From NCBI GenBank assembly GCA_963716185.1, contig OY970295.1, positions 884,049 to 948,048 on the forward strand: a stretch of DNA of 64,000 nucleotides, written 5' to 3'. Positions 25,542 to 36,184 of the stretch are shown here, one piece after another (position 1 is the first letter of the stretch; each line of letters opens with the position of its first letter). Made by a program: the position numbers and the translations under genes. The DNA is from Thermodesulfovibrionales bacterium. GTDB taxonomy: Bacteria; Nitrospirota; Thermodesulfovibrionia; Thermodesulfovibrionales; SM23-35. The notes beneath the pieces are model-generated. The model saw only the letters and a list, made by a program, of their open reading frames with translations, was not told where the DNA came from and did no database searches.

Positions 25542-26732
25542 ATAAGAAAATTACCCGACAGAAAAGGACATTTCGGTATTTACGGCGGAAGGTATATACC
25601 CGAGACCCTTATGCCCGCATTAATTGAGCTTGAAAAGGAGTTCGCAGCCTCCCGGAAAGATAAGGAGTTCCAGAGGGAACTCACCGGTCTTCAGAAGACA
25701 TATATCGGAAGACCGACTCAGCTTTATTACGCCAGGCGGCTTACGGAACATCTCGGCGGAGCCAAAATTTATCTGAAGCGCGAGGACCTCGCGCACACGG
25801 GCGCCCATAAGATAAATAACGCCGTCGGCCAGGTATTGCTGACAAAGAATATGGGCAAGAAAAGGGTAATCGCGGAGACGGGGGCCGGACAGCACGGTGT
25901 TGCGACCGCAACCGGGGCAGCGCTGCTCGGTCTTGAATGTGAAATATATATGGGCACTGAGGACATGGAAAGACAGGCATTAAACGTATTCAGGATGAGA
26001 CTTCTCGGAGCAAAAGTCACCGAGGTAAGGACCGGGTCAAAGACATTAAAGGACGCCATTAATGAGGCGCTCCGCGACTGGACGACAAACGTCCGTACGA
26101 CGCATTATGTTATGGGCACGGTATTCGGCCCCCACCCGTACCCCTTAATGGTCAGGTATTTTCAGTCAATAATCGGCAGGGAGACAAAGAGGCAGATACT
26201 TGACGCAGAGGGGAGACTGCCTGATTATCTTTTGGCCTGTGTAGGAGGCGGGAGCAATGCCATGGGGCTTTTCTATGAATTCTTAAATGACGATATAAGA
26301 ATGATCGGCGTTGAAGCCGGCGGCAGGGGCATCAACACAGGCGAGCACGCTGCGCGTTTTGCCGGTGGTTCTGTCGGCGTTTTTCAGGGTTGCAAGAGCT
26401 ATCTCCTGCAGGACGATGACGGCAATGTTCTCGGGACACACTCTGTCTCGGCGGGCCTTGATTATGCCTCGGTCGGGCCGGAGCATTCTTTCTTAAGGGA
26501 GAGCGGGCGGGTTCAGTATTCTTATGCTACGGACGATGAAGCATTGGCCGCTTTCGAGCTTTTGTCTAGGACTGACGGCATCATCCCCGCGCTTGAGTCC
26601 GCCCATGCGATTGCAGAGGTCATAAAGCTTGCGCCGGGTCTTTCCAGGGATAAGATTATAGTGCTGAACCTTTCAGGAAGGGGAGATAAAGATGTGCAGC
26701 ACGTAGCAAAGATCAAAGGAATCGAGTTGTGA
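25542..26732 (+). CDS. trpB: tryptophan synthase beta chain
   Basis: HTGAHKINN (PLP Lys), [22 protein letters not shown]. The conserved N-terminal block [15 protein letters not shown] lies upstream of the first ATG (25611). The only plausible start is an ATA at 25542, 5 nt after AGGAGG. Confidence 0.9.
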   Translation: MRKLPDRKGHFGIYGGRYIPETLMPALIELEKEFAASRKDKEFQRELTGLQKTYIGRPTQLYYARRLTEHLGGAKIYLKREDLAHTGAHKINNAVGQVLLTKNMGKKRVIAETGAGQHGVATATGAALLGLECEIYMGTEDMERQALNVFRMRLLGAKVTEVRTGSKTLKDAINEALRDWTTNVRTTHYVMGTVFGPHPYPLMVRYFQSIIGRETKRQILDAEGRLPDYLLACVGGGSNAMGLFYEFLNDDIRMIGVEAGGRGINTGEHAARFAGGSVGVFQGCKSYLLQDDDGNVLGTHSVSAGLDYASVGPEHSFLRESGRVQYSYATDDEALAAFELLSRTDGIIPALESAHAIAEVIKLAPGLSRDKIIVLNLSGRGDKDVQHVAKIKGIEL

Positions 26733-27508
26733 CCACGAGGATCTCTGAGACATTTAAAAAATTAAAGAATCAGGGGAAGAAAGCATTTATCCCGTATATT
26801 ATGGCCGGCGACCCGTCCCTGCACAAGACGAAGGAAGTCGTGCTTCTCTTCGAGGAATGCGGGGCGGACATTGTCGAACTGGGAGTACCGTTCTCAGACC
26901 CTTTGGCTGACGGCCCGACAATCCAGCGGGCTTCGGAAAGGTCGTTAAAGAACGGCATCACCCTAAGGAAAGTCGTCGCTTTTGTGAAGGACCTGAGGCA
27001 GGTGACACAGGTACCGTTGGTCCTTATGACATACTTCAACCCCATATTCAAGTACGGTGCAGATGATTTTATAAAGGATGCCGTGAACGTGGGAGTCGAC
27101 GGGGTGATCATTCCCGACCTGCCGCCGGATGAAGCGGAAGATTTCATAAAACTATCAAAAAAACTACGTCTCGCCACGATATTCCTCCTCGCGCCTACAT
27201 CGACGAAAGACAGGATAAAGAAAGTAAGCGGGGCATCGAGCGGCTTTATATACTATGTTTCGATAACGGGAATAACCGGGGCCGACCTTCTCCTTGATGG
27301 TTCGATGGAGGCGTTGATATCAAATATCAGGCAACATACGGACAAGCCGGTCGCGGTCGGTTTTGGAATATCCACGCCGGGAGACGCATCGGCAGTTGCG
27401 AGGATATCCGACGGTGTTATCGTAGGCAGTGCCATCGTCAAGATGCTCCATGATGCCCCGGATGAACTAAAGAGTTATCTCGCCGGTCTGAGAGAGGCGA
27501 TAAAGTGA
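26729..27508 (+). CDS. trpA: tryptophan synthase alpha chain
   Basis: The GTG start overlaps the trpB stop. [38 protein letters not shown]. Confidence 0.95.
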   Translation: MTTRISETFKKLKNQGKKAFIPYIMAGDPSLHKTKEVVLLFEECGADIVELGVPFSDPLADGPTIQRASERSLKNGITLRKVVAFVKDLRQVTQVPLVLMTYFNPIFKYGADDFIKDAVNVGVDGVIIPDLPPDEAEDFIKLSKKLRLATIFLLAPTSTKDRIKKVSGASSGFIYYVSITGITGADLLLDGSMEALISNIRQHTDKPVAVGFGISTPGDASAVARISDGVIVGSAIVKMLHDAPDELKSYLAGLREAIK

Positions 27509-27530
27509 AGGACGGCGGTACGGTATAAAA

Positions 27531-28364
27531 ATGGCGTGGTTCAAGAAGACAAAAGAAATAAGGACCGATAAAAAGGGAAAGATCCCTGAAGGTCTCTGGG
27601 TCAAATGCGACGGCTGCAAAGAAATAGTCTATAAGAAAGAGGTTGAAAAAAACCTTAAGATATGCCCGAAATGCAACTACCATTTCAGGATAAGCGCCAG
27701 GGAACGGTTGAAACTCCTTGTTGATGAAGGTAGCTTTGTTGAGGCGGACGAAAATCTGGCGTCAGTCGATCCCCTTCATTTCAAGGACTCCATCCTATAC
27801 AGGGAAAGATTAAAAGAGAACAGGGAAAAGAGCGGCCTGAAAGAGGCTGTGATTTCCGGCGACGCGCTGATAAAGGGCCATCCGGCGAGCCTTGTGATAA
27901 TGGACTTCTTTTTTATGGGCGGCAGTATGGGTTCCGTCGTCGGCGAAAAAGTGGCAAGGGCCGCGGAAAGGGCCTTAGAAAAAAAACAGCCACTGGTGGC
28001 TGTTTCATCATCGGGCGGCGCAAGGATGCAGGAAGGCATCTTCTCCCTGATGCAGATGGCAAAGGTTTCTGCCGCTGTGGGGAGGCTTAAAGATAACGGC
28101 GTTCTCTATGTGTCAGTCTTGTGTGATCCCACATTCGGGGGTGTCACAGCAAGTTTTGCTTCGCTGGGCGATATTATTATGGCTGAACCAAAAAGCCTGA
28201 TCGGTTTCGCCGGTCCTCGCGTCATCGAACAGACTATAAAACAAGCTTTGCCGGACGACTTCCAGAGGGCCGATTTCCTCCTGGACCACGGTCTCATAGA
28301 TATGGTTGTCGACAGAAAAAGATTGAGGGACACACTCGCAAGACTCTTCGAACTTCTCCTATGA
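27531..28364 (+). CDS. accD: acetyl-CoA carboxylase carboxyltransferase beta subunit
   Basis: Zn ribbon CDGCKEIVYKKEVEKNLKICPKCNYH. FMGGSMGSVVGEK, SGGARMQEG. Confidence 0.95.
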   Translation: MAWFKKTKEIRTDKKGKIPEGLWVKCDGCKEIVYKKEVEKNLKICPKCNYHFRISARERLKLLVDEGSFVEADENLASVDPLHFKDSILYRERLKENREKSGLKEAVISGDALIKGHPASLVIMDFFFMGGSMGSVVGEKVARAAERALEKKQPLVAVSSSGGARMQEGIFSLMQMAKVSAAVGRLKDNGVLYVSVLCDPTFGGVTASFASLGDIIMAEPKSLIGFAGPRVIEQTIKQALPDDFQRADFLLDHGLIDMVVDRKRLRDTLARLFELLL

Positions 28365-29818
28365 GCTACAATGAAGCGGTCCATTATCTTTATAGTCTGC
28401 GGAAACATGGCATCAAATTCGGGCTCGACAATATAACCAGGCTTTTATCCGGCCTGGGCAACCCTCAAGAATCGTTCCTTTCAGTGCACGTGGCCGGCAC
28501 AAACGGCAAAGGCTCTACATCGGCGATCATCGCTTCAATTCTTCAGACCTCGGGACTCAGGGTAGGACTGTTCACGTCTCCTCATCTTATCAGTTTCACA
28601 GAGAGGATAAAGATCGACGGTGAGGAGATAGCCGAAAACGAAATCGTCCGGCTGGCGGGAGAAATCAGAAAAACCGTTTCCCTTCTTGACAATCTTACAC
28701 CCACATTCTTCGAGGTGGTGACTGCAATGGCCTTTTTACATTTCAAAAGAGAAGCGATAGACATTGCGGTCGTCGAAGTAGGCATGGGGGGTAGACTCGA
28801 CTCGACGAATATCATTATGCCCGAGGTATCCGTCATCACGGATATAAGTTATGACCATAAGGAATTCCTTGGTAATACTCTCGGACAAATAGCTTCAGAA
28901 AAGGCGGGCATTATCAAAAAAGGCGTACCCGTTGTGATATCGCGGCAAGAGCCGGATGTCGCAGAAGTCATCAGAAATAAAGCAGTTGAAAAACATGCTG
29001 ACTTATATATTTACGGAGAAGATTTTTCTTCGATCATCAAAAAAGGTGATATATCTGAGACCACCTTTGATTATGCAAATGGTAACGCCTTTCAAATCCG
29101 TGACCTGTTCCTGCCGCTCACCGGTGAGCACCAAATGGAAAACGCCTCTGTTGCGATTAAAGCCGCAACGATCGTATTGAAGAGCCCTGATATCAGGCAT
29201 CGCTTAACCCTCCAGTCCCCCTTCACAAAGAGAGGGGCAAGGAAAAGTGTTTTTTCTTCGTCCGACATTCATCGGTTTATCAAAGAAGGCATTAATAATG
29301 TAAGGTGGCCCGGAAGACTCGAATTTATTCATGAAAATCCTGCTGTGGTAATAGATGGAGCGCATAACCCTGCAGCAGCAGCAGCCCTCTCCCGAACGCT
29401 CAGGGGACTTTTTCTTGAAACATATAAGAGAATCGTCCTGGTGCTCGGCATTATGGGTGATAAGGACATTGCGGGTATTATGCAGCCATTGCTGCCCCTT
29501 GCATCAGAGATCGTCCTCACCGCCCCTTCATATGATAGAGCTGCTTCTCCGGAAAACCTTGCGGACATCGCCGCATTTTTGGGATTCTCAGATGTTCATA
29601 TTGCACCGACCATGAAGGATGCGATTGATGCCGCAGAAAAAATCGCCGGGCTCAGAGACAGACGCCTCAGGTCGCAGGATGTTGGAAATGCAGGAAATGA
29701 GAGCCGGTGTCCTGATTCAAACTCGACACTTATAGTGATTACCGGGTCATTTTATACAATAGGCGAAGCGAAGGAAGTGTTCGGGCAGAAAGGCATCCTA
29801 ACGAGAATGAGAGAATGA
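28361..29818 (+). CDS. folC: bifunctional folylpolyglutamate synthase/dihydrofolate synthase
   Basis: ATGA overlap with accD. VAGTNGKGST, EVGMGGRLDSTN, SYDH, WPGRLE, DGAHNP, ITGSFY. Carries two extra segments relative to the usual FolC layout (see findings). Confidence 0.9.
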   Translation: MSYNEAVHYLYSLRKHGIKFGLDNITRLLSGLGNPQESFLSVHVAGTNGKGSTSAIIASILQTSGLRVGLFTSPHLISFTERIKIDGEEIAENEIVRLAGEIRKTVSLLDNLTPTFFEVVTAMAFLHFKREAIDIAVVEVGMGGRLDSTNIIMPEVSVITDISYDHKEFLGNTLGQIASEKAGIIKKGVPVVISRQEPDVAEVIRNKAVEKHADLYIYGEDFSSIIKKGDISETTFDYANGNAFQIRDLFLPLTGEHQMENASVAIKAATIVLKSPDIRHRLTLQSPFTKRGARKSVFSSSDIHRFIKEGINNVRWPGRLEFIHENPAVVIDGAHNPAAAAALSRTLRGLFLETYKRIVLVLGIMGDKDIAGIMQPLLPLASEIVLTAPSYDRAASPENLADIAAFLGFSDVHIAPTMKDAIDAAEKIAGLRDRRLRSQDVGNAGNESRCPDSNSTLIVITGSFYTIGEAKEVFGQKGILTRMRE

Positions 29819-31797
29819 GAAAAATAGATTATCAGTTATCAGTTATCAACTGTCGGTTCAAGAAAAATCTCTTAATATCTGTTCTATTATTGGCTTCATA
29901 CTGTCTGCTGTCCGCTTCATACTGTTTTGCCGTTGAACAGACGGTCATAACATCGGAAGACCTGGAGTACAACCAAAAGACGACCACTTACACCGCAAAA
30001 GGTAATGTAAGGCTCCGGAGGGAAGATACGTTTATCGAAGCCGATGAAATGGTATATAACGAACAGACATCACGGGTCGTGGCCACGGGACATTTCCGGT
30101 ATAATGATCCGGATGTATTCATTACCGCGGCCGGAGCGGATCTGAATCTCGAAACAAAGACAGGCATGCTCTCTGATGCAGAGGTCCTTTACAAAAGAGG
30201 CAATTACCATATCTCGGGCAAAGAAATAGAAAAAAGAGGGGACGATTATTATTTCAGCCCTGAAGCTTCTCTGACAACGTGTGACGCTCCCGTGGCGGCA
30301 TGGTGTTTCAGGGGTAAAGATTTCGATGTTGCAATGAACGACAGATTGAAGGCCAAGAATGTGTCCTTTTATCTTTTGGGTCTTCCCGTTCTTTATACTC
30401 CATATTTCCACGCCCCCATGCTTTCCGATAGAAAGACGGGGTTTTTGACGCCGGTGATAGGTTACAGCAGCTCTCGGGGACTGCATCTGAATGTGCCGTA
30501 CTATCTTGTACTGTCGGAAAACCGCGATGCGACTTTAGTCCTTGATGAATACACGAAGAGGGGCATCGGGGAGGGCCTGGAATACAGATATCTGGAGTCG
30601 GGCAACGCAACAGGCAAATGGTGGCTTTATCATGTGAGCGACAGGGAACTCAACAAAGACTTCCTCGAAATCAGGGCGCTCCACGACCAGAGGCCCGCAG
30701 ATGGCATCGGAGGTTTTCTCAGTATAAATTATGTGAACGACAAAGACTACTACAGAGAATACAGCCTGTACCAGGAAACACGTGTCAACCGTTTTCTCGA
30801 ATCAACAGGAGAACTGTCGGTCCCGCTCAAAGACTCGAGGGCTTACCTTCTATCTCAGTACTGGATGGACCTGGAGAACAACAACCCGCCGGTTTCTCAA
30901 AAACTGCCCGAGGTCGGCTATATCCTGAATCCTACAAAATTCGGGAGTTTTTGGTTTTCCGGAACAACATCATTCGCCAACTTCTCGAGCGATGCCGGTG
31001 TGAGCGGGCAAAGGTTTGATGTTTTTCCAAAGATTCTTCACTCTTTCGGCAACGACATTGTGATATCGCAGGCTCTCGGTCTGAGGGAGACCGCCTATTC
31101 TCTTTCCGGCGCCGGGGACAACTCCCCCCACAGGGAATCCCTTGAATACGACATCAGCGGACACATGAGCTTAGTGAAGAAATATGATTCCTTCACACAT
31201 ATACTGGAACCGACCCTAAGCTATACGCTCATACCAGATACAGGAAACAACAACCTGCCGGTACTCGATTCAACAGAGCTTTTCAAAAAGACGTCAAAGA
31301 TAGAGCTTTCCCTGTTCAACCGGATTCTCAGCAAAGACGGAGAGATTCTGGAATTCAGGGTTTCGCAGGGTTTTGATTCATTTGTGAAAGACAACTCTTT
31401 TCTTCCCTTGCAGGTTGATATCGCGTTAAAAAAGCCTGTGGCACTTCGCTTTGAAGCAATTTACGATGTCAATACAGGGAGATTGGACAGTACGAATTCA
31501 GACCTTTCCACGAAGATTTCAGAAACCACCCTTTCAGCCGGCTACAGATATAACAGGCAGGATGATACAACCTCTTATACCGCGACTATCGGCCTTCATC
31601 CCTTCAAGCCCATATATATAGACAGCAGGGTCTGGTATGATGCAAAAAACAAAGAACTGGCGGAAGGCCTTTTGAATATCAGATATGTCCTTCAATGCTG
31701 GGGGGTCAGTCTCGAATTTATTAAAAGGCCCGGCGATTTTAACGCTGTATTCCGGTTCGAGCTCAGAGGACTCACCAAAGATCTCAGGAACATTTAA
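29815..31797 (+). CDS. lptD: LPS-assembly outer-membrane protein LptD
   Basis: ATGA overlap with folC. Signal peptide, OstA-like N-domain (ITSEDLEYNQKT..YTAKGNV...ADEMVYN) and a long beta-barrel-type C-terminal region. Confidence 0.85.
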   Translation: MRKIDYQLSVINCRFKKNLLISVLLLASYCLLSASYCFAVEQTVITSEDLEYNQKTTTYTAKGNVRLRREDTFIEADEMVYNEQTSRVVATGHFRYNDPDVFITAAGADLNLETKTGMLSDAEVLYKRGNYHISGKEIEKRGDDYYFSPEASLTTCDAPVAAWCFRGKDFDVAMNDRLKAKNVSFYLLGLPVLYTPYFHAPMLSDRKTGFLTPVIGYSSSRGLHLNVPYYLVLSENRDATLVLDEYTKRGIGEGLEYRYLESGNATGKWWLYHVSDRELNKDFLEIRALHDQRPADGIGGFLSINYVNDKDYYREYSLYQETRVNRFLESTGELSVPLKDSRAYLLSQYWMDLENNNPPVSQKLPEVGYILNPTKFGSFWFSGTTSFANFSSDAGVSGQRFDVFPKILHSFGNDIVISQALGLRETAYSLSGAGDNSPHRESLEYDISGHMSLVKKYDSFTHILEPTLSYTLIPDTGNNNLPVLDSTELFKKTSKIELSLFNRILSKDGEILEFRVSQGFDSFVKDNSFLPLQVDIALKKPVALRFEAIYDVNTGRLDSTNSDLSTKISETTLSAGYRYNRQDDTTSYTATIGLHPFKPIYIDSRVWYDAKNKELAEGLLNIRYVLQCWGVSLEFIKRPGDFNAVFRFELRGLTKDLRNI

Positions 31798-32314
31798 GCC
31801 TCGCTATCTCCTTTTCAATCTGCTCTGCCATCTCCCTTAATGAAGTCTTGTCCGTGTTTATGGTGATTTCCGGGTTCAGCGGCTCTTCGTAGGGCACCGT
31901 AACGCCCGGTACAGGCCAGCCAGCCCCACCCTTCCTGTAAATATCTCTCGGAGCACCATGGGCCTCAGTCCGCCTTTGCTCGCGGTCCATGCATAACTCA
32001 AGGGGACATTTCAGGTAGACCTCAATATATCCCCGAATTCGTTCCCTCGCTAGTTCACGCCATTTTCTCAGATTTCCTGTCGCATCGATAATAACGCTGT
32101 GGCCGAGTTCCGTCAGCGTCCCGGCGAGATAGACGAGCGCCCTGTAGACCGTGTCTCGCTCTGCATCGGAATAGGTCGGCTCCGGAGTCACGACTTTCCT
32201 CAGCTCGTCCATCCTGAGAACAAGAAATCCGGGATGGAGCTTTTTTATTTCGTCCGCGACAGTGCTCTTCCCGCTGCCCGGAAGCCCCGTTATCCATATA
32301 GCTATGCCCGGCAT
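31784..32314 (-). CDS. P-loop kinase, adenylylsulfate-kinase-like
   Basis: MPGIAIWITGLPGSGKST resembles the CysC-type Walker A context. About 176 aa. Substrate not assignable. The 3' end overlaps the lptD 3' end by 14 nt (convergent). Confidence 0.6.
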   Translation of the reverse strand: MPGIAIWITGLPGSGKSTVADEIKKLHPGFLVLRMDELRKVVTPEPTYSDAERDTVYRALVYLAGTLTELGHSVIIDATGNLRKWRELARERIRGYIEVYLKCPLELCMDREQRRTEAHGAPRDIYRKGGAGWPVPGVTVPYEEPLNPEITINTDKTSLREMAEQIEKEIARLKCS

Positions 32315-32382
32315 TTTAACCCCTTTCCTTTTTTCACTCAAGCTATTTATAATAAACGTAAATTTTGTCGTTAATTCAAATA

Positions 32383-32805
32383 ATGCTTGTTGGTTATAAT
32401 ACTAATATATCCTACAAAGGCAAGACATACCATATCCAGACAGAGGATAGCGGACAGTCTAATCCCATGATAGTGACCCTTCTCTTTTCTAAGGGCGCTA
32501 TACTTGCGTCCCGAAGGACGAATTATGCGCACATTACCGGTGATCCCGACTACATGGAAAAAGTCGCGAAGATCATGAAAGCGCAGCACAAGGGAATGAT
32601 TAAGGAGCTTCTGGCAGGCCGGCATACAGGCGAGTCCGGAGACGCGGAGAAAGAAATTGAAGAGGCTCAAACGGACGTTAAGGAAGCCGAACCTCCTGTG
32701 GAAGCTGCTGATCAGCCTGAGGAAAACATCGAGATCAAGACCCAGATGACGAAGAGTCTGGATGACATCCTGCTCAATTACATAATGAAAAGGGCCAATA
32801 AATGA
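32383..32805 (+). CDS. conserved hypothetical protein (YHIQTEDSG N-domain, acidic C-terminal tail)
   Basis: ORF with KGKTYHIQTEDSGQSNPMIVTLLF block; function unknown. The start could be the TTG at 32365. Confidence 0.5.
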   Translation: MLVGYNTNISYKGKTYHIQTEDSGQSNPMIVTLLFSKGAILASRRTNYAHITGDPDYMEKVAKIMKAQHKGMIKELLAGRHTGESGDAEKEIEEAQTDVKEAEPPVEAADQPEENIEIKTQMTKSLDDILLNYIMKRANK

Positions 32806-33635
32806 AACCTGAAATTAGTGAAAAAGACATTACCTTTCTGAAGGAGAAGGCAAGAACCCTCAGGATAGAAATCCTCAGGATGCTTACCGAGGCGGGATCA
32901 GGGCATACAGGCGGTTCCCTCTCGGCCGCGGATATTGTTACAGCTCTCTATTTCCATAAGATGAAGCATAACCCGAAAGACCCGAAGTGGAGAGAGAGGG
33001 ACAGGTTCATCCTTTCGAAAGGCCATGCTGCGCCTGTTCTTTATGCCGCTCTTGCGCTTACAGGATATTTTGACAAATCCTTGCTCAAGACATTGCGCAA
33101 GCTCGGCAGTCCTTTGCAGGGACATCCGTGTTCGAAAGTCCTGCCGGGCGTTGAAATATCAACGGGTTCCCTGGGTCAAGGGCTGTCCATCGCAAACGGT
33201 ATTGCACTTGGACTCAGGATGGACGGTTTGAGCTCGCGCGTCTATTGCCTTCTGGGTGACGGTGAGATCCAGGAGGGACAGGTGTGGGAGGCTGCCATGA
33301 CCGCTGCGCACTATAAACTCGATAACCTGTGTGCCGTCATCGACAACAACGGCCTGCAGATAGACGGGCGCTGCTGCGACGTTATGCATATAGAACCGAT
33401 CGTAAAAAAGTGGGAAGCGTTCGGGTGGAATGTGATCGATATTAACGGGCACGACATGGAAGCCATACTTGGGGCTCTTGATGAGGCGGAAACGGTAAAG
33501 GGCAGGCCGACAATGATTGTTGCACGGACTGTAAAAGGGAAAGGCGTTTCACTTTTTGAAGGGAAAGTCGAGTATCATGGCATGGCGCCCACCCCTGAAG
33601 AATTCGAAATAGCATTGAGGGAACTTCAAAAATAA
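32802..33635 (+). CDS. transketolase, N-terminal (TPP-binding) subunit
   Basis: GSGHTGGSLSAADI, SKGHAAP, GSLGQGLS, LLGDGEIQEGQVWEA: the split-transketolase N-terminal half. Confidence 0.92.
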   Translation: MKPEISEKDITFLKEKARTLRIEILRMLTEAGSGHTGGSLSAADIVTALYFHKMKHNPKDPKWRERDRFILSKGHAAPVLYAALALTGYFDKSLLKTLRKLGSPLQGHPCSKVLPGVEISTGSLGQGLSIANGIALGLRMDGLSSRVYCLLGDGEIQEGQVWEAAMTAAHYKLDNLCAVIDNNGLQIDGRCCDVMHIEPIVKKWEAFGWNVIDINGHDMEAILGALDEAETVKGRPTMIVARTVKGKGVSLFEGKVEYHGMAPTPEEFEIALRELQK

Positions 33636-33661
33636 CACCGGCGGTTCATAGAGGAGAAACA

Positions 33662-34630
33662 ATGCACAGAGCAGCACAGGACAAGGCAAGTACCGTGGAA
33701 AAACCTGCAGCCACGAGAGACGCTTATGGAGAAGCGCTTCTTGAACTCGGCAAGATGCGAAAGGACGTGGTCGCCCTTGATGCAGACCTTTCCGGGTCAA
33801 CAAAGACCGGGAAATTCGCAAAGGCCTTTCCCGACAGGTTTTATAATATAGGCGTATCGGAACAGGACTTAATCGGCACGGCAAGCGGCCTTTCATTGGC
33901 GGGCAAATTGCCGTTTGCTTCGACATTTGCCGTCTTTGAGACAGGAAGGGCGTGGGAGCAGATAAGACAGACGGTCTGTTATTCGAACCTTAATGTGAAG
34001 CTCGTTGCCACTCACAGCGGTATTACCGTCGGCGAAGACGGCGCCTCTCACCAGGCAATAGAGGATGTTACACTTATGAGGGTCCTCCCCAATATGACCG
34101 TCGTCGTGCCATCGGACGCCCGTGAAACAAAACAGGTTATCCATGCTGTGGCGGAATATTCCGGCCCGGTATATGTCAGGCTTGGAAGGTCAAAGGTGCC
34201 GCCGGTAATGCCCGGGGACTATACATTTCATTTAGGAAGAGCCCATACATTTTATTTGGGCAAGGACGCAAATATTGTGGCCATGGGGATCATGGTAGCG
34301 GTTGCGCTTGAGTCTGCACAAATCCTCAGGAACGAAGGCATAGATGCAGGTGTTATCAACATGTCTACTGTAAAACCGCTTGATACTGAAGCCCTGCTCG
34401 ATGCTTCAAAGGCCTGCCGGCTGATCATTACAGCGGAGGAACACTCGATAATAGGCGGGCTCGGGAGCGCCGTCAGCGAATTCCTTTCTGAAAGCAATCC
34501 CACGAGGGTCTGCAGGATCGGGATAAAGGACGATTTCGGATGCTCCGGGACTTCCGGGGAATTGTTGAAGCTTTATGGTCTTACAGCGGACAATATTGTA
34601 AAGACCGTTAAAGAAGCGCTTAATGAATGA
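33662..34630 (+). CDS. transketolase, C-terminal (pyrimidine-binding) subunit
   Basis: DADLSGSTKT, FYNIGVSEQDL, HSGITVGEDGASHQAIEDV, LPNMTVVVPSD, EEHSIIGGLGS. Confidence 0.92.
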   Translation: MHRAAQDKASTVEKPAATRDAYGEALLELGKMRKDVVALDADLSGSTKTGKFAKAFPDRFYNIGVSEQDLIGTASGLSLAGKLPFASTFAVFETGRAWEQIRQTVCYSNLNVKLVATHSGITVGEDGASHQAIEDVTLMRVLPNMTVVVPSDARETKQVIHAVAEYSGPVYVRLGRSKVPPVMPGDYTFHLGRAHTFYLGKDANIVAMGIMVAVALESAQILRNEGIDAGVINMSTVKPLDTEALLDASKACRLIITAEEHSIIGGLGSAVSEFLSESNPTRVCRIGIKDDFGCSGTSGELLKLYGLTADNIVKTVKEALNE

Positions 34631-34646
34631 ATTTATTTCTGCTGAT

Positions 34647-35309
34647 ATGATACATTTCATAGACGTATCAAAGCATTATGAGAACCAAACTGCGCTCAGG
34701 AAAATAACCTTTTCGGTCGAAAAAGGCGAGATGGTTTTTATAACCGGGCCGAGCGGTTCCGGCAAGACGACGCTTCTGAAGCTGATTTACATGGCGGAAA
34801 AACCCGATGAGGGGAACATAACTGTAGGGGAATGGGAATCGGATAAGATAAAGGAATCCCACATAGCATTAATGAGGAGAAATATAGGGGTCGTTTTCCA
34901 GGATTTCAGGCTCCTTAATAACAGGAACATATTTGAGAATATTGCCCTTGCCCTCCGCATTAAGAATGTGGACGAAAAAGAGATAAAGGCTCGTGTATTC
35001 GACTCGCTTAAGATTGTCAATCTGAGACATAAGTCCGACAGTTACCCGCAGACCCTGTCGGGAGGCGAACAGCAGAGGATAGCCATCGCGAGGGCCATCG
35101 TGTCCGATCCTGCGATCATACTTGCCGATGAACCCACAGGCAATGTCGACCCCGATACATCGGCGGGTATCATGAAGACTTTTAAGGATATCAATGCAAG
35201 GGGCTCCACCATCCTTATCGCCACACACAACAGGGAACTTTTCAGGAATACGGGCAAACGGGTACTTAAACTGGATTTCGGTAATTTTGCCGGAGAGGAG
35301 ATTGCCTGA
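34647..35309 (+). CDS. ftsE: cell-division ABC ATPase FtsE
   Basis: MIHFIDVSKHY; GPSGSGKTT; LSGGEQQR; ILADEPTGNVD. The ORF track starts at 34623. Confidence 0.9.
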   Translation: MIHFIDVSKHYENQTALRKITFSVEKGEMVFITGPSGSGKTTLLKLIYMAEKPDEGNITVGEWESDKIKESHIALMRRNIGVVFQDFRLLNNRNIFENIALALRIKNVDEKEIKARVFDSLKIVNLRHKSDSYPQTLSGGEQQRIAIARAIVSDPAIILADEPTGNVDPDTSAGIMKTFKDINARGSTILIATHNRELFRNTGKRVLKLDFGNFAGEEIA

Positions 35310-36184
35310 TGGCTCTTTCTTATTCATTCCGGCTTGCGGCGCAGAGTATATTGCATGAAAAATGGATAAACCTCCTTTCCATCCTCACAATAGCAACGGG
35401 CCTGTTTTTTTTGTCCGTCACCCTCCTTTCCGTATACAATATCGACGTAGCCACAGAAAAACTGCCCGGTAAGTTTTCCGTGATGCTTTACCTCAACGAT
35501 GATGTGTCCCAGCAGGAAGAGGAAAATATCATGAATACAGCCAGGAAAAACAGCACAGTGGAGAAGGTAAAATTCATCTCGAAAGATGAAGCGATGAAGG
35601 AATTGAAAACCACATTAAAAGATACGGAGTACGTACTCGACGGCCTCGCTGAGAACCCCCTGCCCGATTCGATAGAGATAAAATTCAAGAGCGAGTCGAT
35701 AGACCCTCAGGCTGTGAAGAACCTGTCCGCTGAATTAAGATCGTTGAAAGGCGTGTCGGAGATAGAGTACGGAGAAAATTACCTGTCCTCAATCTATTCC
35801 GTGAGAAGAGGCATGAGGGCCGCGGGCATTTCATTCATCATAATAATGTCCGCGGGTATGCTCTTCGTATGTTACAGCACAGTCAAGATCCTCTTCTACA
35901 GAAGGGAAAAGGAGATAGAAACCTATATTCTTTTAGGCGCCACAAAGGGTTTTATCAGGACCCCTTTCCTTATAGAAGGCGCCGTTATCGGCCTCCTCGG
36001 AGGTATGCTGAGTCTCCTGGGTGTCCTGACTTTATATTCCCTCGTTATACTCAGGCTCGGTATCACTTTCCCAATTTTTAAATTCATAATTTTCCCGATT
36101 GATATATCATATACGATTCCTCTGGCGGGGTTAGTCCTCGGCATAACGGGCGCTGCTATAGCAATCGGGAGGATCAGATATTGA
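35309..36184 (+). CDS. ftsX: cell-division permease-like protein FtsX
   Basis: Follows ftsE directly. One TM helix, a periplasmic domain, then three C-terminal TM helices (FtsX layout). Confidence 0.85.
   Translation: MALSYSFRLAAQSILHEKWINLLSILTIATGLFFLSVTLLSVYNIDVATEKLPGKFSVMLYLNDDVSQQEEENIMNTARKNSTVEKVKFISKDEAMKELKTTLKDTEYVLDGLAENPLPDSIEIKFKSESIDPQAVKNLSAELRSLKGVSEIEYGENYLSSIYSVRRGMRAAGISFIIIMSAGMLFVCYSTVKILFYRREKEIETYILLGATKGFIRTPFLIEGAVIGLLGGMLSLLGVLTLYSLVILRLGITFPIFKFIIFPIDISYTIPLAGLVLGITGAAIAIGRIRY

Noticed and set aside
29826-29850. Heptamer repeats TATCAGT-TATCAGT-TATCAAC (and the duplicated TTCATACTGT nearby) in the first 40 codons of lptD could be a slipped-strand phase-variation switch.
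   Set aside because: There are only about 2.5 units, which is too few for efficient slippage. lptD is essential in most diderms. The observation is noted but not supported.
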